From the NCBI RefSeq assembly GCF_009914755.1, contig NC_060939.1: 64,000 nucleotides of DNA; one strand, written 5' to 3'. The notes below the pieces were generated by a model. The model saw only the letters and a program-made list of their open reading frames with translations, was not told the origin of the DNA and made no database searches. Shown here piece after piece: positions 15,640 through 33,747 of this stretch (position 1 is its first letter; each line of letters begins with the position of its first letter). Position numbers and translations under genes: made by a program. The stretch is from the human T2T-CHM13v2.0 reference genome, Homo sapiens.

Positions 15640-16535
15640 TGTTTTTTTTTAACTTTAGGTTCCCCCATACAACTGCAGGTTTGTTACACAAGTAAACTTG
15701 TGTCATAGCACTTTACTGTACAAATTATTTTATCAACTAGTTTTTTGCCCTCCATCACCCACGTTTTAAGACTACTGTGCCCATAGTTAGTTCATTCCGG
15801 TGGATTTCTGGTCCCACCGCCTTTAAGAATGAAGCATGCGGACCTTCCCGGTGAGTGTTACAGCTCTTAAAGGTGGCAAGGACCCACAGTTAGCAACAGC
15901 AAGATTTATTGTGAAGATGTGAACAGCAAAACAACGACGCTCCCACACGCTGGAAGGGTACCGAGCAAATTGACTTTGCTGGCTAACGGGTGGGCAGCTT
16001 TTATTCCCTTATTTGGCCCTGCCCATGTCCTGCAGATTGGTCCATTTTACAGAGTGCTGATTGGTCCATTTTACAGAGTGCTGATTGGTCCATTTTACAG
16101 AGTGCTGATTGGTCCATTTTTACAGAATGCTGATTGGTGCATTTACAATCCTCTAGCTAGACAGAAAAGTTCTCCAAGTCCCCACTGGACACAGAAGCCC
16201 AGCTGGCTTCACCTCTCACTAGTACCCTTATTTTTTTCTGATCTTTTCTCTCCTCCCACTGTCCATCCTCCAAAAGGCCCCAGTGTGTGTTGTTCCCCTC
16301 TATGTGTCCAAGTGTTCTCATCATTTAGCTCCCATTTATAAGTGAGGACATGTGGTATTTGGTTTTCTGTTCCTGTGTTAATTTGCTAAGTATAATGCCC
16401 TCCAGCTTCATCCATGTCCCTGCAAAGGACATGATCTTGTTCTTTTTTATGGCTGCCTAGTATTCCATGGTGTATATGTACCACATGTTTTATCCAGTCT
16501 ATTATTGATGGGCATTTAGGTTGATTCCATATCTT
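15640..16535 (-). mobile_element. L1PB-like 3' end, split by an LTR12
   Basis: GCAGGTTTGTTACA...AGCTCCCATTTATAAGTGAG...GGTTGATTCCAT L1P 3'UTR. Confidence 0.85.
15776..16218 (-). mobile_element. Solo LTR12 (ERV9 group, LTR12F-like)
   Basis: The minus strand starts TGAGAGGTGAAGCCAGCTGG. It carries 24-bp CCAAT repeats and has TSD CTAC/CTAG. Confidence 0.9.
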
Positions 16536-17060
16536 GCTGAAAGATGTTAATCCACAATTTAGGAATCCCAATGAACTCCAAGCATAATAAACACAAAGAA
16601 ATACACATCTAGTCAAACGATAGTGAAATTGTTGAAAACCAAAGACAAAGGTACAATTTTAAGACATTGCAAAAGAAAAAGATTATCTTCTATACAGCAG
16701 ACTGCTACTAAAAAGGCAGCTGACCTCTCAACAGAAGCAAAGAAGGGCAGAAGGTAACAAAATTATATATTCAGAGTGCTAAAAGGAAATAATTGCCAAC
16801 CTAGAATTTTATGTCCAGAAAAAATATTCTTCCACAACAAAAGAAAAATGGAGACATTTTTAGACAAACTAACAGAGTTAATTTGTAATAGACTTAACAA
16901 AGAGCTTTCTTCAGACAGAAGTAAAAATATCACAAATAAAAGCATAGCACAAAAAAGAGTAAAGAACAAAGAAAATAGTAAATATGTGTGTACATCTAAA
17001 TGGATACCAATTGTATAACAGAATAGCAATAATATCTTGCAGGAGTTAAAATAGATCTGA
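16536..17060 (+). mobile_element. Old L1M ORF1 fragment
   Basis: LKGNNCQPRILCPEKIFF resembles the L1 ORF1 C-terminus. Confidence 0.75.
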
Positions 17061-17370
<310 letters not shown>

Positions 17371-17859
17371 AAAGTAAAATAAAACAGATTTGGAATTAAA
17401 TAAATGAAAAAAAACTTCTGGTTTCGGCTTGTATGTGTAAAAAGCCATCACTTTCATTCTCACAGCACGAAAAAGCTGTTTAGATCAATCAGACAGTTGA
17501 GGTCACAGGGGCAAACTGACACCCTGAAAAATGAAGAGAAAGGGAAATAGAATTATAGCTTCTAGAATCGGAGAAAATGCTAGAGCCAGAAATGGGTAGG
17601 ACTGAAGCTGTAATTGATGAATTTCTGGAGGCTGACTGTGGACTAGCTTAGATGGTAAAGGTTCCAGAGATGGCCAATCTTAGGGTACCCCTCACACTTT
17701 TGTGAGTTTTACCTCCAAGCACTCCAGCAGATTCTCACAGTGAATACCACAGAAAAATCCCTTCCTGTTTCCAGCAGGGGATGGAGAAAAGTAACCCTGT
17801 TGAGACACACCCAGAGCCCTCTTCTGCTTGCCATCAAGGGAAACTACATTATCAGAGCC

Positions 17860-18216
17860 TGTCTTAGTCCATTCAAGCGGCTAAAACAAAAAATGTCATA
17901 AGCTGCCTGGCTTATAAACAACAAACATTTATTTCTCACAGTTCTGGAGGCTGGGAAGTCCAAAATCAAAGTGTAGGCAGATTTGGGGCCTGGTAAGAGC
18001 TTGTGTCTTCATAGACACACCTTTCAGCTATGTCCTCACATGGTGGAAGGAGCGAGATAGCTCTCCGGGGCCTCTTTTATGAGGGCACTAATCTCATCCC
18101 TGAGGACTCTGCCTCTTGATCTAATCATCTCCCTAATGCCCCAGTTCTTAATACTGTCACATTTGGGGTTGCATTTCAATAATTTTGGCAGGGACACAAA
18201 CATTGAAGCCATAGCA
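17860..18216 (-). mobile_element. MLT1A-like MaLR solo LTR
   Basis: TGTCTTAGTCC...CCATAGCA termini with a perfect 5-bp TSD GAGCC. Confidence 0.88.
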
Positions 18217-18400
18217 GAGCCTAACCAATGTGGGGGAGGAAAAATACCAAACTCCAGCCCCCTCTAGTCTTCCCAGTGTTGGAAGGGAAATACCACACTC
18301 CAGCTCTCTCCAGCCCTCCTGTCTCACATAAGTTGGGGAAAAGCTGCTGAGAAGCACTTGTAGAAGTCACAGCCCAAGAACACAGGCTGAAGTCTAATTA

Positions 18401-18733
<333 letters not shown>

Positions 18734-19155
18734 CTACTCCCACACCTTACCGGCATCACCAGAGGCTTCTGTATAATTCCAGAGGGTCACAGCTGAAAAA
18801 CTGCAAGGCTTAGACTATTTAAGAATTTCCTAGGGAACCCAAAGATAACAGAGAGAGAGAAAAAAAAGATGCTGGAGGAAAGTGAAGCCAGAAACACCCA
18901 CACCTACGGTAAACAGTGTAATCCCTGGCCAGATAAACATAAACCCTCACATTAAAGGCCTATTTACCTCACTTCTTCTTATGCAATGCATCATGTCTGG
19001 CTTTCAATAAAATAATTACAAGGTATGCCAAAACGCAAGAAAAGGCAGTGTGAAGAGAGAAAGCAAGCAAGGGAACTAGACTCAGATACAGCAGAGAGTT
19101 TGGAATCACCAGGCTGGGAATTTTAAATAACTACAATTAATATACTAAGGGTTCT

Positions 19156-19842
<687 letters not shown>

Positions 19843-19934
19843 TTATCAAAGAGAAACTCTAAGACATAATCAAAAGGAAAAACTAAAGATCAAAAACACC
19901 TACAGCAATAAAAATGCCATTGATCAAGAGGCTA

Positions 19935-20478
<544 letters not shown>

Positions 20479-20617
20479 TTAAGGGCAGACACCAAACCAC
20501 TGAACCAGAAATGTTGAAAAACATTAAGCATGATAAATACCAAAATATGTGGACCTATCGTGTTCAAACTATAGAAAACCAAAGACAAAGAGAAAATTTC
20601 GGAAAAAAAAAACAAGA

Positions 20618-21025
20618 TGTCTTAGTCAGTTTGGGCTGCTATAAGAGAATATTGTAGAATGAGTGGCAACAGAAATTTATTTCTCACAGTTCTCAGGCTG
20701 AAGGTCCAAGATCAGGGTGCCCCATGGTTGGATTAGAACTCTCTTCTGGGTTGAAGATTGCCAACTTCTCACTTGATCTTACCCAAAAGGCCAAGAAGCT
20801 GAGAAGACTGATTGCCAGCTTCTCATTGTATCCTCACATAGTGGAAAGCAAGCTAGCTGGATCTCCGGTCTTTTCTGATAAGGGCATGAATCCCATTCAT
20901 GAAGGTTCTGTCTTCATGACCCAATCACTCCCCAAAGATCTCACCTATAATTACCATCACATTGGGATTAGGGTTTCAACACATGAATTTGATGGGGAAG
21001 GGACACAAGCATTCAGTCCGTTGCA
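20618..21025 (-). mobile_element. MaLR solo LTR (MST/MLT1A-like)
   Basis: TGTCTTAGTCAGTTTGGGCTGCTATAA...TTCAGTCCGTTGCA. Confidence 0.82.
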
Positions 21026-21049
21026 TGACAGATTAAAAAATAACTTACT

Positions 21050-21407
<358 letters not shown>

Positions 21408-23049
21408 TCAGCATTCTTGTCAGAAACCATTAAGGCAAGAAGAAAATGAGAAGAAATATTTCAAGTGTTAAAAGAAACAAACCAACAACCTAGATTCTGT
21501 ATCCAGAGAAATTATCCTTCAGATGTGAAAAAGAGATAAAGTTATTTTCAGACAAACAGAATTGAGGAAATTTGTCACCAATACATCTACTTTGTGAAAA
21601 ATGCTAAAAGAAGTTATTCAAGAGAAGGAAAAGATATGGGTCAGAAACTCAAATCTACATAAATGAAGAGTGTTAGAGAAGAAATAAATAAAGGTAAAGT
21701 AAAACCTTTTATTTTTTCTTAATTTATCTAACAGATAACTGTTTGTACAAAAATAATAACAACAATGTATTTGGCGATTATAACATATATAAGGAAAATA
21801 AATGACAATGATGTTATAAGGAACAGGAGTGTAAAATTGGAAATACTCTGCCATAAACTACTTGCACTACTCATGAAGTGATATAGTGTTAATTGAAAGT
21901 GGGTTTAGGTTAGTTTTAAATGTATACTGCAAACTCTAGAGCAACCACTAAAAAGATAATTAATATGGTAAGAGAAGAGAGAACGTGGAATTTTATAAAA
22001 TGCTCAATTGAAACTAGAGAAGGCAGAAAAAGAAGGGAAGAAAAGACAAATGTAATACATAGAAAATGGTTACAAATATGATAGATATTAATCTGACTAT
22101 ATTAATAATTACTATAAATGTAAATGGCCTAAATACACCAACTAAAAAACAGAGTCTGTCAAGAGTGGATAATAAAAATAAGACCCAACTATGTTGTTCA
22201 CTTTATTTTACATTTTTTTCTTTTTTCTTTTTTTTACCCATTGTTTAGCTCCCATTTATAATGTCCACTTTAAATATAAAGATATAGCAAATTAAAAGTT
22301 AAAATATAGGGAAAGATATACCATGCTATAATTAGTCAAAAGAAAGCTGGAGTAGCTATATTGATTCCAGGTAAAGCAGAAAAAGGGAACTTATTGGGAT
22401 AAATAGGACATTACATAATAATAATAAAGGGGTCAGTTCTCCAAGAAGATGTAAGAATTTTTGATGTGTATGTGTCTAACAATGATGTCAGTTTGCAAAA
22501 GGCAAAAACTTACAGAACTGCAAGGAGAAGTATAAAAATCCACTGTTGTAGTAGGAGACTCCAAAACACATCTATCAGTAATTTATGAATCCAACACAGG
22601 GAAAATTAGTAAGGATATAGTTGCATTTAACAGTACTATCTATTAACTTAATCTAATTGACATTTACAGTATAATTCATCCAACTACAGCAGAATACACA
22701 TTCTTCTCAAACCCACATGAAACATTCACCAAGAAAGACAACATTCTGAGACAAAACACACCCCAGCAAAATTAAAGAATAAAAATCACGTGAAGTATGC
22801 TCTCAGACCACAATGGAATTAGACCAAAAAAAAAAAAAATTACCGAAAGATATCTGGGAAATCCTTAAATAGTTGGAGAGTAAACAATACCCTTCTAAAT
22901 AACAGGAGTGAAAGAAAAATTTTAAAACATTTTGAACTAAATGAAAATGAAAACACAATTTACCAAAATGTGTGGGAATGCAGTGAAAGCAGTGCTTAGA
23001 GAGAAATTTGTAGTATTGAATGTATGTATTAGAAAAAAAGAAAGATCTC

Positions 23050-23345
23050 CTTGGTGCAGGGGCTCACGCCTGTAATCCCAGCACTTTGGGAGGTCAAGGT
23101 GGGCAGATCACGAGGTCAGAAGTTCAAGACCAGCCTGGCCAAGATGGTGAAACCCCGTCTCTACTAAAAACACAAAATTTAGCCAGGCATGGTGGTGGGT
23201 GCCTGTAATCCCAGCTACTTGGGAGGCCAAGGCAGAGAATTGCTTTGACCCAGGAGGCAGATGTTGCAGTGAACCAAGATGTGCCACTACACTCTGACCT
23301 GGGCGCAGAGCAAGACTCCATCTCAAAAAAAAAAAAAAAAAAAAA
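23050..23345 (+). mobile_element. Alu
   Basis: Dimer with A tail inside L1 ORF2. Confidence 0.92.
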
Positions 23346-26117
23346 GAAAGCTCTAAAACCGGTAATCTAAGTTTTCACCTTAGAAAAGTAGAAAGAAGAA
23401 CAAATTAAAACTAATATAAGCAGGAAAAAGAAATAAAAATCAATGCAGAAATCAATGAAATTAAAAACAGGAAATCAGTAGAGAAAACTAAAGCTGATTC
23501 TTTGAAAAGATCAATAAAATTGGTGAATCTCTAGTCAAGTTAACCAAAGAGATCAGATGCAGTCACTGATATGAGAAATCAAAGAAAGGCCATCACTGCT
23601 GATCCAATGGACATTAAAAGGATAATAAAGGAATAACATGAACAAATTTGTGTCCACAAATTTAATAGCTTAGATGAAATGAACAAATTCCTTGAAACAC
23701 ACAATCTTTCAAAACTCATACAATGAGAAATAGGTCGCCTGAATAGGCAATATCTATTAAAAATTAAGTCAATAACTAATAAGCTGCCCCTACAGAAAGC
23801 ACCAGGCCTAGATGTTTCACTGGTGAATTATACCATACGTCTGAGGAAGAAAATATACCAATTCTCCACCATCTTTTCCACAAAATGGAAGCAGAAGGAA
23901 TAGTTCCTAACATTATATGAGGCCAGCATTTCCCTAATATCAAAACCAAACCAAGACATTATAAGAAAAAAAAGAAACTATAGCCAATATTTCTCATGAA
24001 CATAAATGCAAAAATTCCTCAACAAAATATTAGTAAATCAAACTAGTGTATGAAATGTATAAAGAACAATACATATAGTTATACACCATGACCAAATTAG
24101 ATTTATCCCAGATATGCAAGGCTGATTCAATGTCTAAAAATCGATCATTGTAATTCATCACATCCACAGGATGAAGAAAAATCACATGATCATATCAATA
24201 GATGTAGAAGAGCATTTGAGAAAATCCAATACCTGTATATAATAAAAACTCTCAGCAAACTAAGAATAGACGGTTACTTCCACAACTTGATAAAGAACAA
24301 CTACAACAAAACCTACAGCTAACACCATACTTAATGGTGAGAAACTAGAAGCTTTCCCACTAAAATAAGGAATAAGGTAAGAATGTCCCCTCCTACTACT
24401 CCTTTTCAACATCATACTGAAAATTACAGCTAATGCAATAAGATAAGAAAAAGAAATAAAAGTTATGCAAAATTGGAAAGGAAGGAATAAAACTGTCTTT
24501 GCTCACAGATGACTTGATGGTTTATCTAGAAAATTCCAAAGAATCAACCAAAAAACTCTTGGAACTAATAAGTGATAACAGCAAGTTTGTTGGATACAAG
24601 GTTAATAGATTTAAGTCAGTTGTTTTCCTATATATCAGATATGAACAACTGGAATTTCAAATAAAAACATATCTTTTACACTAGTACCAAACAATAGAGT
24701 ACTTAGTAATAAATTTAACAAAATATGTCCAAGATAAACATGAGGAAAACTATAAAACTGTGATGAAATAAATCAAATAAGTTATAAATAAATGAAGAGA
24801 TATTTCATGTTCATAGATAGGAAAACTCAATATTGTTAAGATGTCAGCTCTTCCCAACTTGATCTATAGATGCAATGAACCCCAGTCAAAACCCCAGCAA
24901 GTAAGTTATTTGGGTCAGGGGGGATACTGACAAACTCATTCAAAGGTTTATACAGAAAGGTAAAAGACCCCAAATAAGCAACATAATACTGAAGAAGAAC
25001 AAACTCAGAGGACTGACCTTACCCAACCTCAAGATTTACTATAAAGCTATAATAATTAAGACAGTGTGGTATTGGTGAAATAATACACACTCACAAAAAT
25101 TTAATGCAACAGAGCAGACAGCCCAGAAATAGGCCTGCACTAATGCAATAAAGTGATCTTTGACAAAGGAGCAAAGGCAATCCAATGGAGAAAGGACGGT
25201 CTTTTCAACAAATGATGCTGGGACAACTGAGATCCACATGGAAATAAATGAATCTAGACACTGACCTTACACCGTTCACAAAAATTAAAGTGGCTCACAG
25301 GCCTAAATGTAAAACATAAAATTATAAAACATCTAGAAGATATCATAGGAGAAAATCCAGGAGACCTAGAGTTTGGCGATGACTTTTCAGATGCAATGTC
25401 AAAAGAATGGCTTAGGGAAGAAAAAAATTGATAAACTTTACTAAAATGAAAAACTTCTGCTCTGTAAAAGACATGGCTATGTACATTTAAAAAACAGAGA
25501 CTAGGAGAAAATATTTGCAAAACACACATTTGATAAAGGACTTGTATCCAAAATATATGTTGAACTCCTAAAGCTCAACAATAAGAAAACAAATAGCCCA
25601 ATTAAAAATATGGGCAAAAGATTTGGACACCTCACCGAAGAAGATATACAGATGGTAAATAAGCATATCAAAATATGCTCAATATCATTTTTTATCAGGA
25701 ATAGTGGGAATTGTAACATCATTTGTTATTGGGAATATAAGGAACCATGGGATACTACTACGCATCTATTTGAATGGCTAAAACCCAAAAAACTGACAAT
25801 TTCAAATGCTAGGAGAATGCAGAGCAGCAGAAACTGATTCATTGCTGGTTGGAGTGCCACTTTGTAAGACAGTCTGGCAGTTTCTTATAAAACTAAACAT
25901 AGTCTTATCTTATGATCCAGAAAATGGGCTCCTAGGCATTTACTCAAACAAATTCAAAATGTATGTCCACACCAAAACCTGCACACAAATGTCTATGACA
26001 GCTTTATTCATCATAATTGCTAAAAATGTGAAGCAAGCAAGATGTCCTTCAATGGGTACATGCAGTACCTCCAGACAATGGAGCATTATTCAGTGCTAAA
26101 AAGAAATAAGCCATCGG

Positions 26118-26450
<333 letters not shown>

Positions 26451-26472
26451 TTAGTCAAAGAAATCAATCTGA

Positions 26473-26773
<301 letters not shown>

Positions 26774-26969
26774 AGTCAATCTGAGAAGGCTACATACTGT
26801 ATGATTCCAATTCTGGAAAGGGCGAAATTATAGAGACATTAAAAAGATCAGTGAATATCAGGGTTTTGGGGGAAGACAGGGCGGGATGAACAGTTGGAGT
26901 ACAGGGGATTTTTAGGGCAGTGAAACTATTCTGTATGATATGGTAATGGTGGGTGGATACCTGACATTA

Positions 26970-27309
<340 letters not shown>

Positions 27310-27548
27310 TCAGAATGTACAACACAAAGAGTAAATTACAATGTAAACTCTGGGCTTCAGTTAATAGTAATGTGTCAATATTGGCGCATCAGTTAGAACA
27401 AATATACACCGTGCAAGATGTTGCTAACTGGGACAGCTGTGAGGGGGAGACAGGAAGTACATGGGAGCTCTCTGTACTACATGCTCAATTTTCTGCAAAC
27501 CTAAAACTACTCTGAAAAAGAAATTCTAGCCATTAAAAGAATACATGC

Positions 27549-27867
<319 letters not shown>

Positions 27868-27948
27868 TTAAAATTAAAATGTGTATGCACCTAATAATAT
27901 AACTAAAAAACAGCACCTAATAATACAAATTAAAATCACACAGAGTAT

Positions 27949-28494
<546 letters not shown>

Positions 28495-28781
28495 TTATGG
28501 ATACCTCCTGTGATCAATGCATGTGCACACAGAACCCAGTTTGGTAGATGTTCCCTTCTCCTCCCCACTCCTCTTCCTTTCACAACTCTCCCATCCTTGG
28601 CAGGGTTAGAAGTACCTATGGTCTCTTAGAGTGGGTCCAGTGTCCTAGGAGGTGGTGGCCAGAAGCTGGGAGGATGGAGCTGATGCTGGCAGTGTAGGCT
28701 GGGTGAGTTGCCAGAAGATTTTTTTTATTAGGCATTTGAGAAATGGCTTGCTTTTCAAAGCACTTTAGAAATGCATTTGCC

Positions 28782-29110
<329 letters not shown>

Positions 29111-30825
29111 TTATGATATTCATAACTGTAGAAGTTAATGGAAAGGGTGCTAGTATCCCCATTTCTCAGCTGGAGAAATCAAGGTGTTAAGCAATTTACC
29201 CCATGAAGCTGGTTTGTGAAGGCCCCAGGCTGAAGTCTTGAGATTTCTCATTCCTTCTGGGTTTCTAGGTGATTCCTGACCTTGACTGTGGAGAAGAGGC
29301 CATTGCAAAGCTTATCTCGTGGCATCTCCAAGGATGCCCAGTCAGTTTGTGTATGTTTCTCATTCTCTGCTACTTGGGGCCTCTTGTGGGTAGCTGCCAT
29401 CTGGGTGCAATTCAGAGTGGCCAAAGGCCTACCAGTCCCCAGGGGCAGGTGGCCTTTAGTTTACCAGAAAAGCATCTTAACCGCTGAGTTTCCGCAGAAG
29501 GCAGAATTCTGAGGAGAAAGGCTCAGACAGGGGAATTCAAAACAAAGCCAAATAACACAAGAGAATTCAAAATTCCACAAGAGAAAAATGTGGTGAAAGT
29601 GGGAAGGTGGCCCTGTGGCAGCTGAGGGCAGCCCAGGACAGGGAGGTGGTGAGGCTAACATTCCGTTTGGGTTCCACTGTCGTTCTCAAACCTTCACTAC
29701 AACTTGACCTCACACAGCTTCCTCAGCTAAGTCTTGTTTTGTGGAGTCACAAAGAGCTCAGTTCCATACTTGGGTGGGACAGGGTGGCGAGAAGGCAGAG
29801 CTACCAGAGCTTCAAGAGGCGCTGGGTGGAAGGGGTGGAGGGTGAGCATCTAGATCTCACAGGAACCAGCAGTGACTGTGAAACGAGGGCAGCCAGGGAG
29901 CCCCAGAAATGAGGCAGGCGCTCGGCTCCCAGAGGATGAGAAACAAGGACGCGAACCAGTGGGGTTTAAGTGTTAAAGCGATGCCAAGGGGCCTGGAAGT
30001 GGAGGTCCCTGTAGCTCGTGGGGTCTGTGCCTGGAGTCCAGGAGAAAGCGCTGGCATTCTTTCCCTCGACTCAGAGAGGTGGTAACTTGGCTGACATAGC
30101 AGAGCTGGTCCAAGGCAGAGCCAGGGCTGAAACCAGATCTTTATTATCTGGACTGGATCTTTATTATCTGCAGACTTTGACCTGTGCCTCCCCTCCCCGC
30201 TCTGCTGACCAGTGCGTTAACCACAGCACACAGGGTAAGGGCTCCCCTATTCCCATGAGCTCAGGATTGGTGACTGTCTCTGGGGGCAACCAACCCACTG
30301 GCACCCAGGAGCAATATTTACAGTATTCAACAATCACTATCAATCAATGTTCAATAGTTAATGACTGTGGGGTGAGAACGCCATCCCCCTGTCCTGGGCT
30401 GTGCCCACCGGCTGCCGTGGAGCTCTGACCCCTCCCACATTTTCTAGCCTGCCCGTCTCTTTCGCTTGTGGGCTGCATCGTCTGTCTTTGTTCTGAATTC
30501 TTCTCTCTGAGCCCTGCTCCTGACTCATGAACCATAAGGGATGCTGGTCACCTGGCCGGCTGCACAGGTGCACACCCCATATCGCCAGGAGGGTGCCCAA
30601 CACCACCCCCAAGCCTCGGGAGCTCTTTGCATTCTTATTTCAGGTGCCACAACCCCCTTCCTGCTCACAACTGGGGGAGACGGTGCTGGATGGGGATGTG
30701 CCAGGGATTCTCTGCTTCCAGAGCCATGAAGCCACCGCATCACTGACGGGCATAGGCAGACATGCAGAGGCAGCCCCAACACACCCCATACCACTCCAGA
30801 CAGGCTCTCCACTCAAGACAAATGC

Positions 30826-30998
30826 CAGGGCTGGCCCCTTGGGTGGGCGACCTGTGCAGGCTCATGGGGCCCTGCCATCAGAAACCTGCATTTGGTTTTA
30901 TACTTTGCTGTTGCCATCTTGAAATTCTTTACAATTTTTGAACAGAGGGCCAGCATTTTTATTTTGCATAGAACTCAGCAAATTTTGTAGCTAATTCA
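30826..30998 (+). mobile_element. MER45A-like hAT-Tip100 element
   Basis: CAGGGCTGGC...GCGACCTGTGCAG...CTTGAAATTC...GCAAATTTTGTAGC. Confidence 0.65.
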
Positions 30999-32363
30999 GA
31001 TGAAAGCCCCCCCGCTCCGGCTTCCAGTCAGAGGTGGCTGCATCACTGCACTGGTTGAGAGTGCATCATCTGCGCTTCCAGCCAGTGCTGATGGCCACAT
31101 GCCATTCCGGTGGCAGCCTCCTCGGGAGCTTGCAGGAGGGGAAAGGAAGCCTGCTGGAGGCTCACGAGTCAAAGGCTCAGTCACAGAGAATGGCATGTGG
31201 ATCAGCCTTTGGAGCTTCGTGTAGCGCTGTTTTTGGACAAGTGCTGTGTCATTTCTCCACTGTGGACTGTGGTCAGGAGGAGCTGGAGCTGGGCAGGTCC
31301 CTTGTCCTGGAAGCTCGGTCTTGAAGGTTGGCAGGACTAGACATGGCAGGTGATCCTAGGTCAAGTACTGATGGTGCCAGTGCCACAGCAACAGTGCTGA
31401 CTTGTGCTTACTGCGCAGATCTGTCCAGTAAGGGACCCGGGCCGCCTGGCCCTTTCCACTTTGGGTCATTTGGTGGGACCCTGCAGGGTTACTTCTCTTG
31501 CAGCTCCGTTGACAGAACCTCACCGCCTATGAGCCCCGGTTTCTGCCCACTCAGCTCTCTGCTGCCCCCACCTGGCCGCCTCCAGTGCCGACCTGATACT
31601 CAGCTGTAGTTTGTCAACTTTCTGAAAAATACATGAAATTGCTGCTATCTGACTATTTTGACCTACAAAGATGGCCATTTTAAGTGGTTCAACATAATAC
31701 CATTGCTTAGAATGGTCTTATAAATGGGAGCAGAGGGATAGAAAGGAGTAAAGGCTGTGTGTATTACGGAGAATCCTGGCATACAACCGTAGTATATGCT
31801 AAACATAGCCCAGATGTTCGTGTCAGCTGTCTGTGGTCACTTTGGGGGCATCTGACACCCGTGTGTGGTTCCCTCCTTGCCCAGGTATTACAGAACACTG
31901 GACAGTGAGTGAAAGCCCACTGTGGACCAATGGCCATGGGTTCCGGTAGGCCACCTTGGCAGAGAAGAGAGAATATGTGAAATTCAACCAGTGGCTGACT
32001 CTGTCAGGGACATTCTGCAGACTCCACATGCTCTCTGAGCCTTAGTTTTCCCATCTGTGATTTGGAACCAAAGCATCCACTTCCTCCATGTCCTGGGCAG
32101 GGCTGGTCTTCAGCAGGGATGCTCTTCCAGGACAAAGACATCAGGGTGTTCCATACAGATCGGGAAGTAGCCACTGCTCAGAGCTGCCTGGGTGGTGTGG
32201 CTCCCCTGAAACTCCTGGACACATCTTCATGGCCCAGCAACTGAAGGGTTAATGCCGGGTGCATTGGGACCTCCAGGACCTGCCCAGTGTCTTACCTGGC
32301 ATCTGACCTTTGTGCACCCCACCCTGCTATTTACAGGGTCAAAATGAGAAGCAAAAGAGATCA

Positions 32364-33099
32364 TAAAACCACCTTTGCAAAATTTGTAACTGAGGAAGTG
32401 ATGACAGTGAAAGAGACCTGACCTAACCGACTCCATCTTGCTTCTAACCTCCAAACTGTCCTTGTTCATTCCTGGGTGTAGGCTGAACTAACTTTGGGAG
32501 GAACTTAGTTTATAGTTTAACTTTGAAACAAAGATGATAACAGCCCTTTTCGAAAACAAATCCTCTTCTTCCCTAGGGACCAATCTGCCTTCGTAGGACT
32601 AACAAATTAGCTACAAGATTAGAAATAAGGTTCAGGAGTCATGAAGCCAGAGGCTGCAAGATTCCAAACCTCCTCAAATTGCTTCTGGAAATAACACCAC
32701 TGTTGTAAAACCTAAGATGAGTGCTTGAGATATTTTGTAGACCCTGCATTCTGATGCACCAGCTGATGCCACCCAGACTGGTGGTAATCAGGTTCATCTG
32801 GTCTTGTGGCCCCCACCCAGGAACTGCAGTGTGGGAGGACAGCTTTGCCCCTCTATGATTTCATCTCCAGTCCAACCAATCAATGCTCCGCACTCCCGGG
32901 CCCGCTACCTGCCAAATTATCCTTAAAAGACCCTAGTCTCCGAATGTTCAGGGAGACTGATTTGAGTAATAATAAAACTCCCATCTCCCGTACGGCCAGC
33001 TCTGCGTGAATTAAACTCTCTCCATTGCAATTCCCCTGTCTTGATAAATTGGCTCTGTCTAGGCAGAGGGCAAGGAGAATCCGTTGGGCAACGGTTACA
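32364..33099 (+). mobile_element. LTR8A-like ERV1 solo LTR
   Basis: AAACCACCTTTGCAAAA...GACTCCATCTTGCTTCTAACCTCC...GGTTACA; TSD ATCA/AACA. Confidence 0.85.
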
Positions 33100-33127
33100 A
33101 ACAGGCACAGAAAAAAGATGTGCAAAT

Positions 33128-33747
33128 CAGTAGTCCTTCTTATCTGCAGTTTCACTTTCTGGGGTGTTATCCAGGGTCAAATAGAAAACTCCAGAAACGG
33201 ACAATTCATAGGTTTTAAATTGCATGCTACTCTGCCCTGTCTTGGGCATGAATCCTCCCTTCATCCAGCCTATCTGTGTTGTTTACACCAACCATCAGCC
33301 ACTTAGAGCGACTGTTGCGGCAGCACAGTGCTTGTGTTCAGGTCAGCCTTGTGCTACTTAATCACAGCCCCAACGCGCAAAAGTAGTGATGCTGGCAATT
33401 CAGATATGCCAAAGAGACGAGCGCAGTGCTTCCTTTCAGTGAAAAGGTGAAAGTCCTCAACTGAAGGGAAAAAAGCATATGCTTAGTTTGCTAAGATCTA
33501 CAGTAAGAACGAATCTTCTATGTGTGAAATTATGAAGAAGGAAAAAAAAATGTGTGCAAGTTTTGCTGTCGCACTTCAAACTGCCAAAGTTTCGGCCACC
33601 ATGTGCGATAAGAGCTTAGTTAAGATGGAAAAGGCATTACATTTGTGGGTGGAAGACATGGACAGCGATGTGTTCTGATTGACAGCCATCAGGTTCAGTA
33701 CCAGCTACCCTTTCAGGCATCCCCTGTGGATGAAGGGGGGACTGCTG
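33128..33747 (+). mobile_element. MER44 (Tigger7-derived) DNA transposon
   Basis: TIRs CAGTAGTCC..CTTATCTGC and GTGGATGAAGGGGGGACTGCTG, followed by TA. Confidence 0.82.

Noticed and set aside
15919-16341. 140-aa ORF with IGPFYRVL repeats
   Set aside because: It is a translation of the LTR12 24-bp CCAAT repeats.
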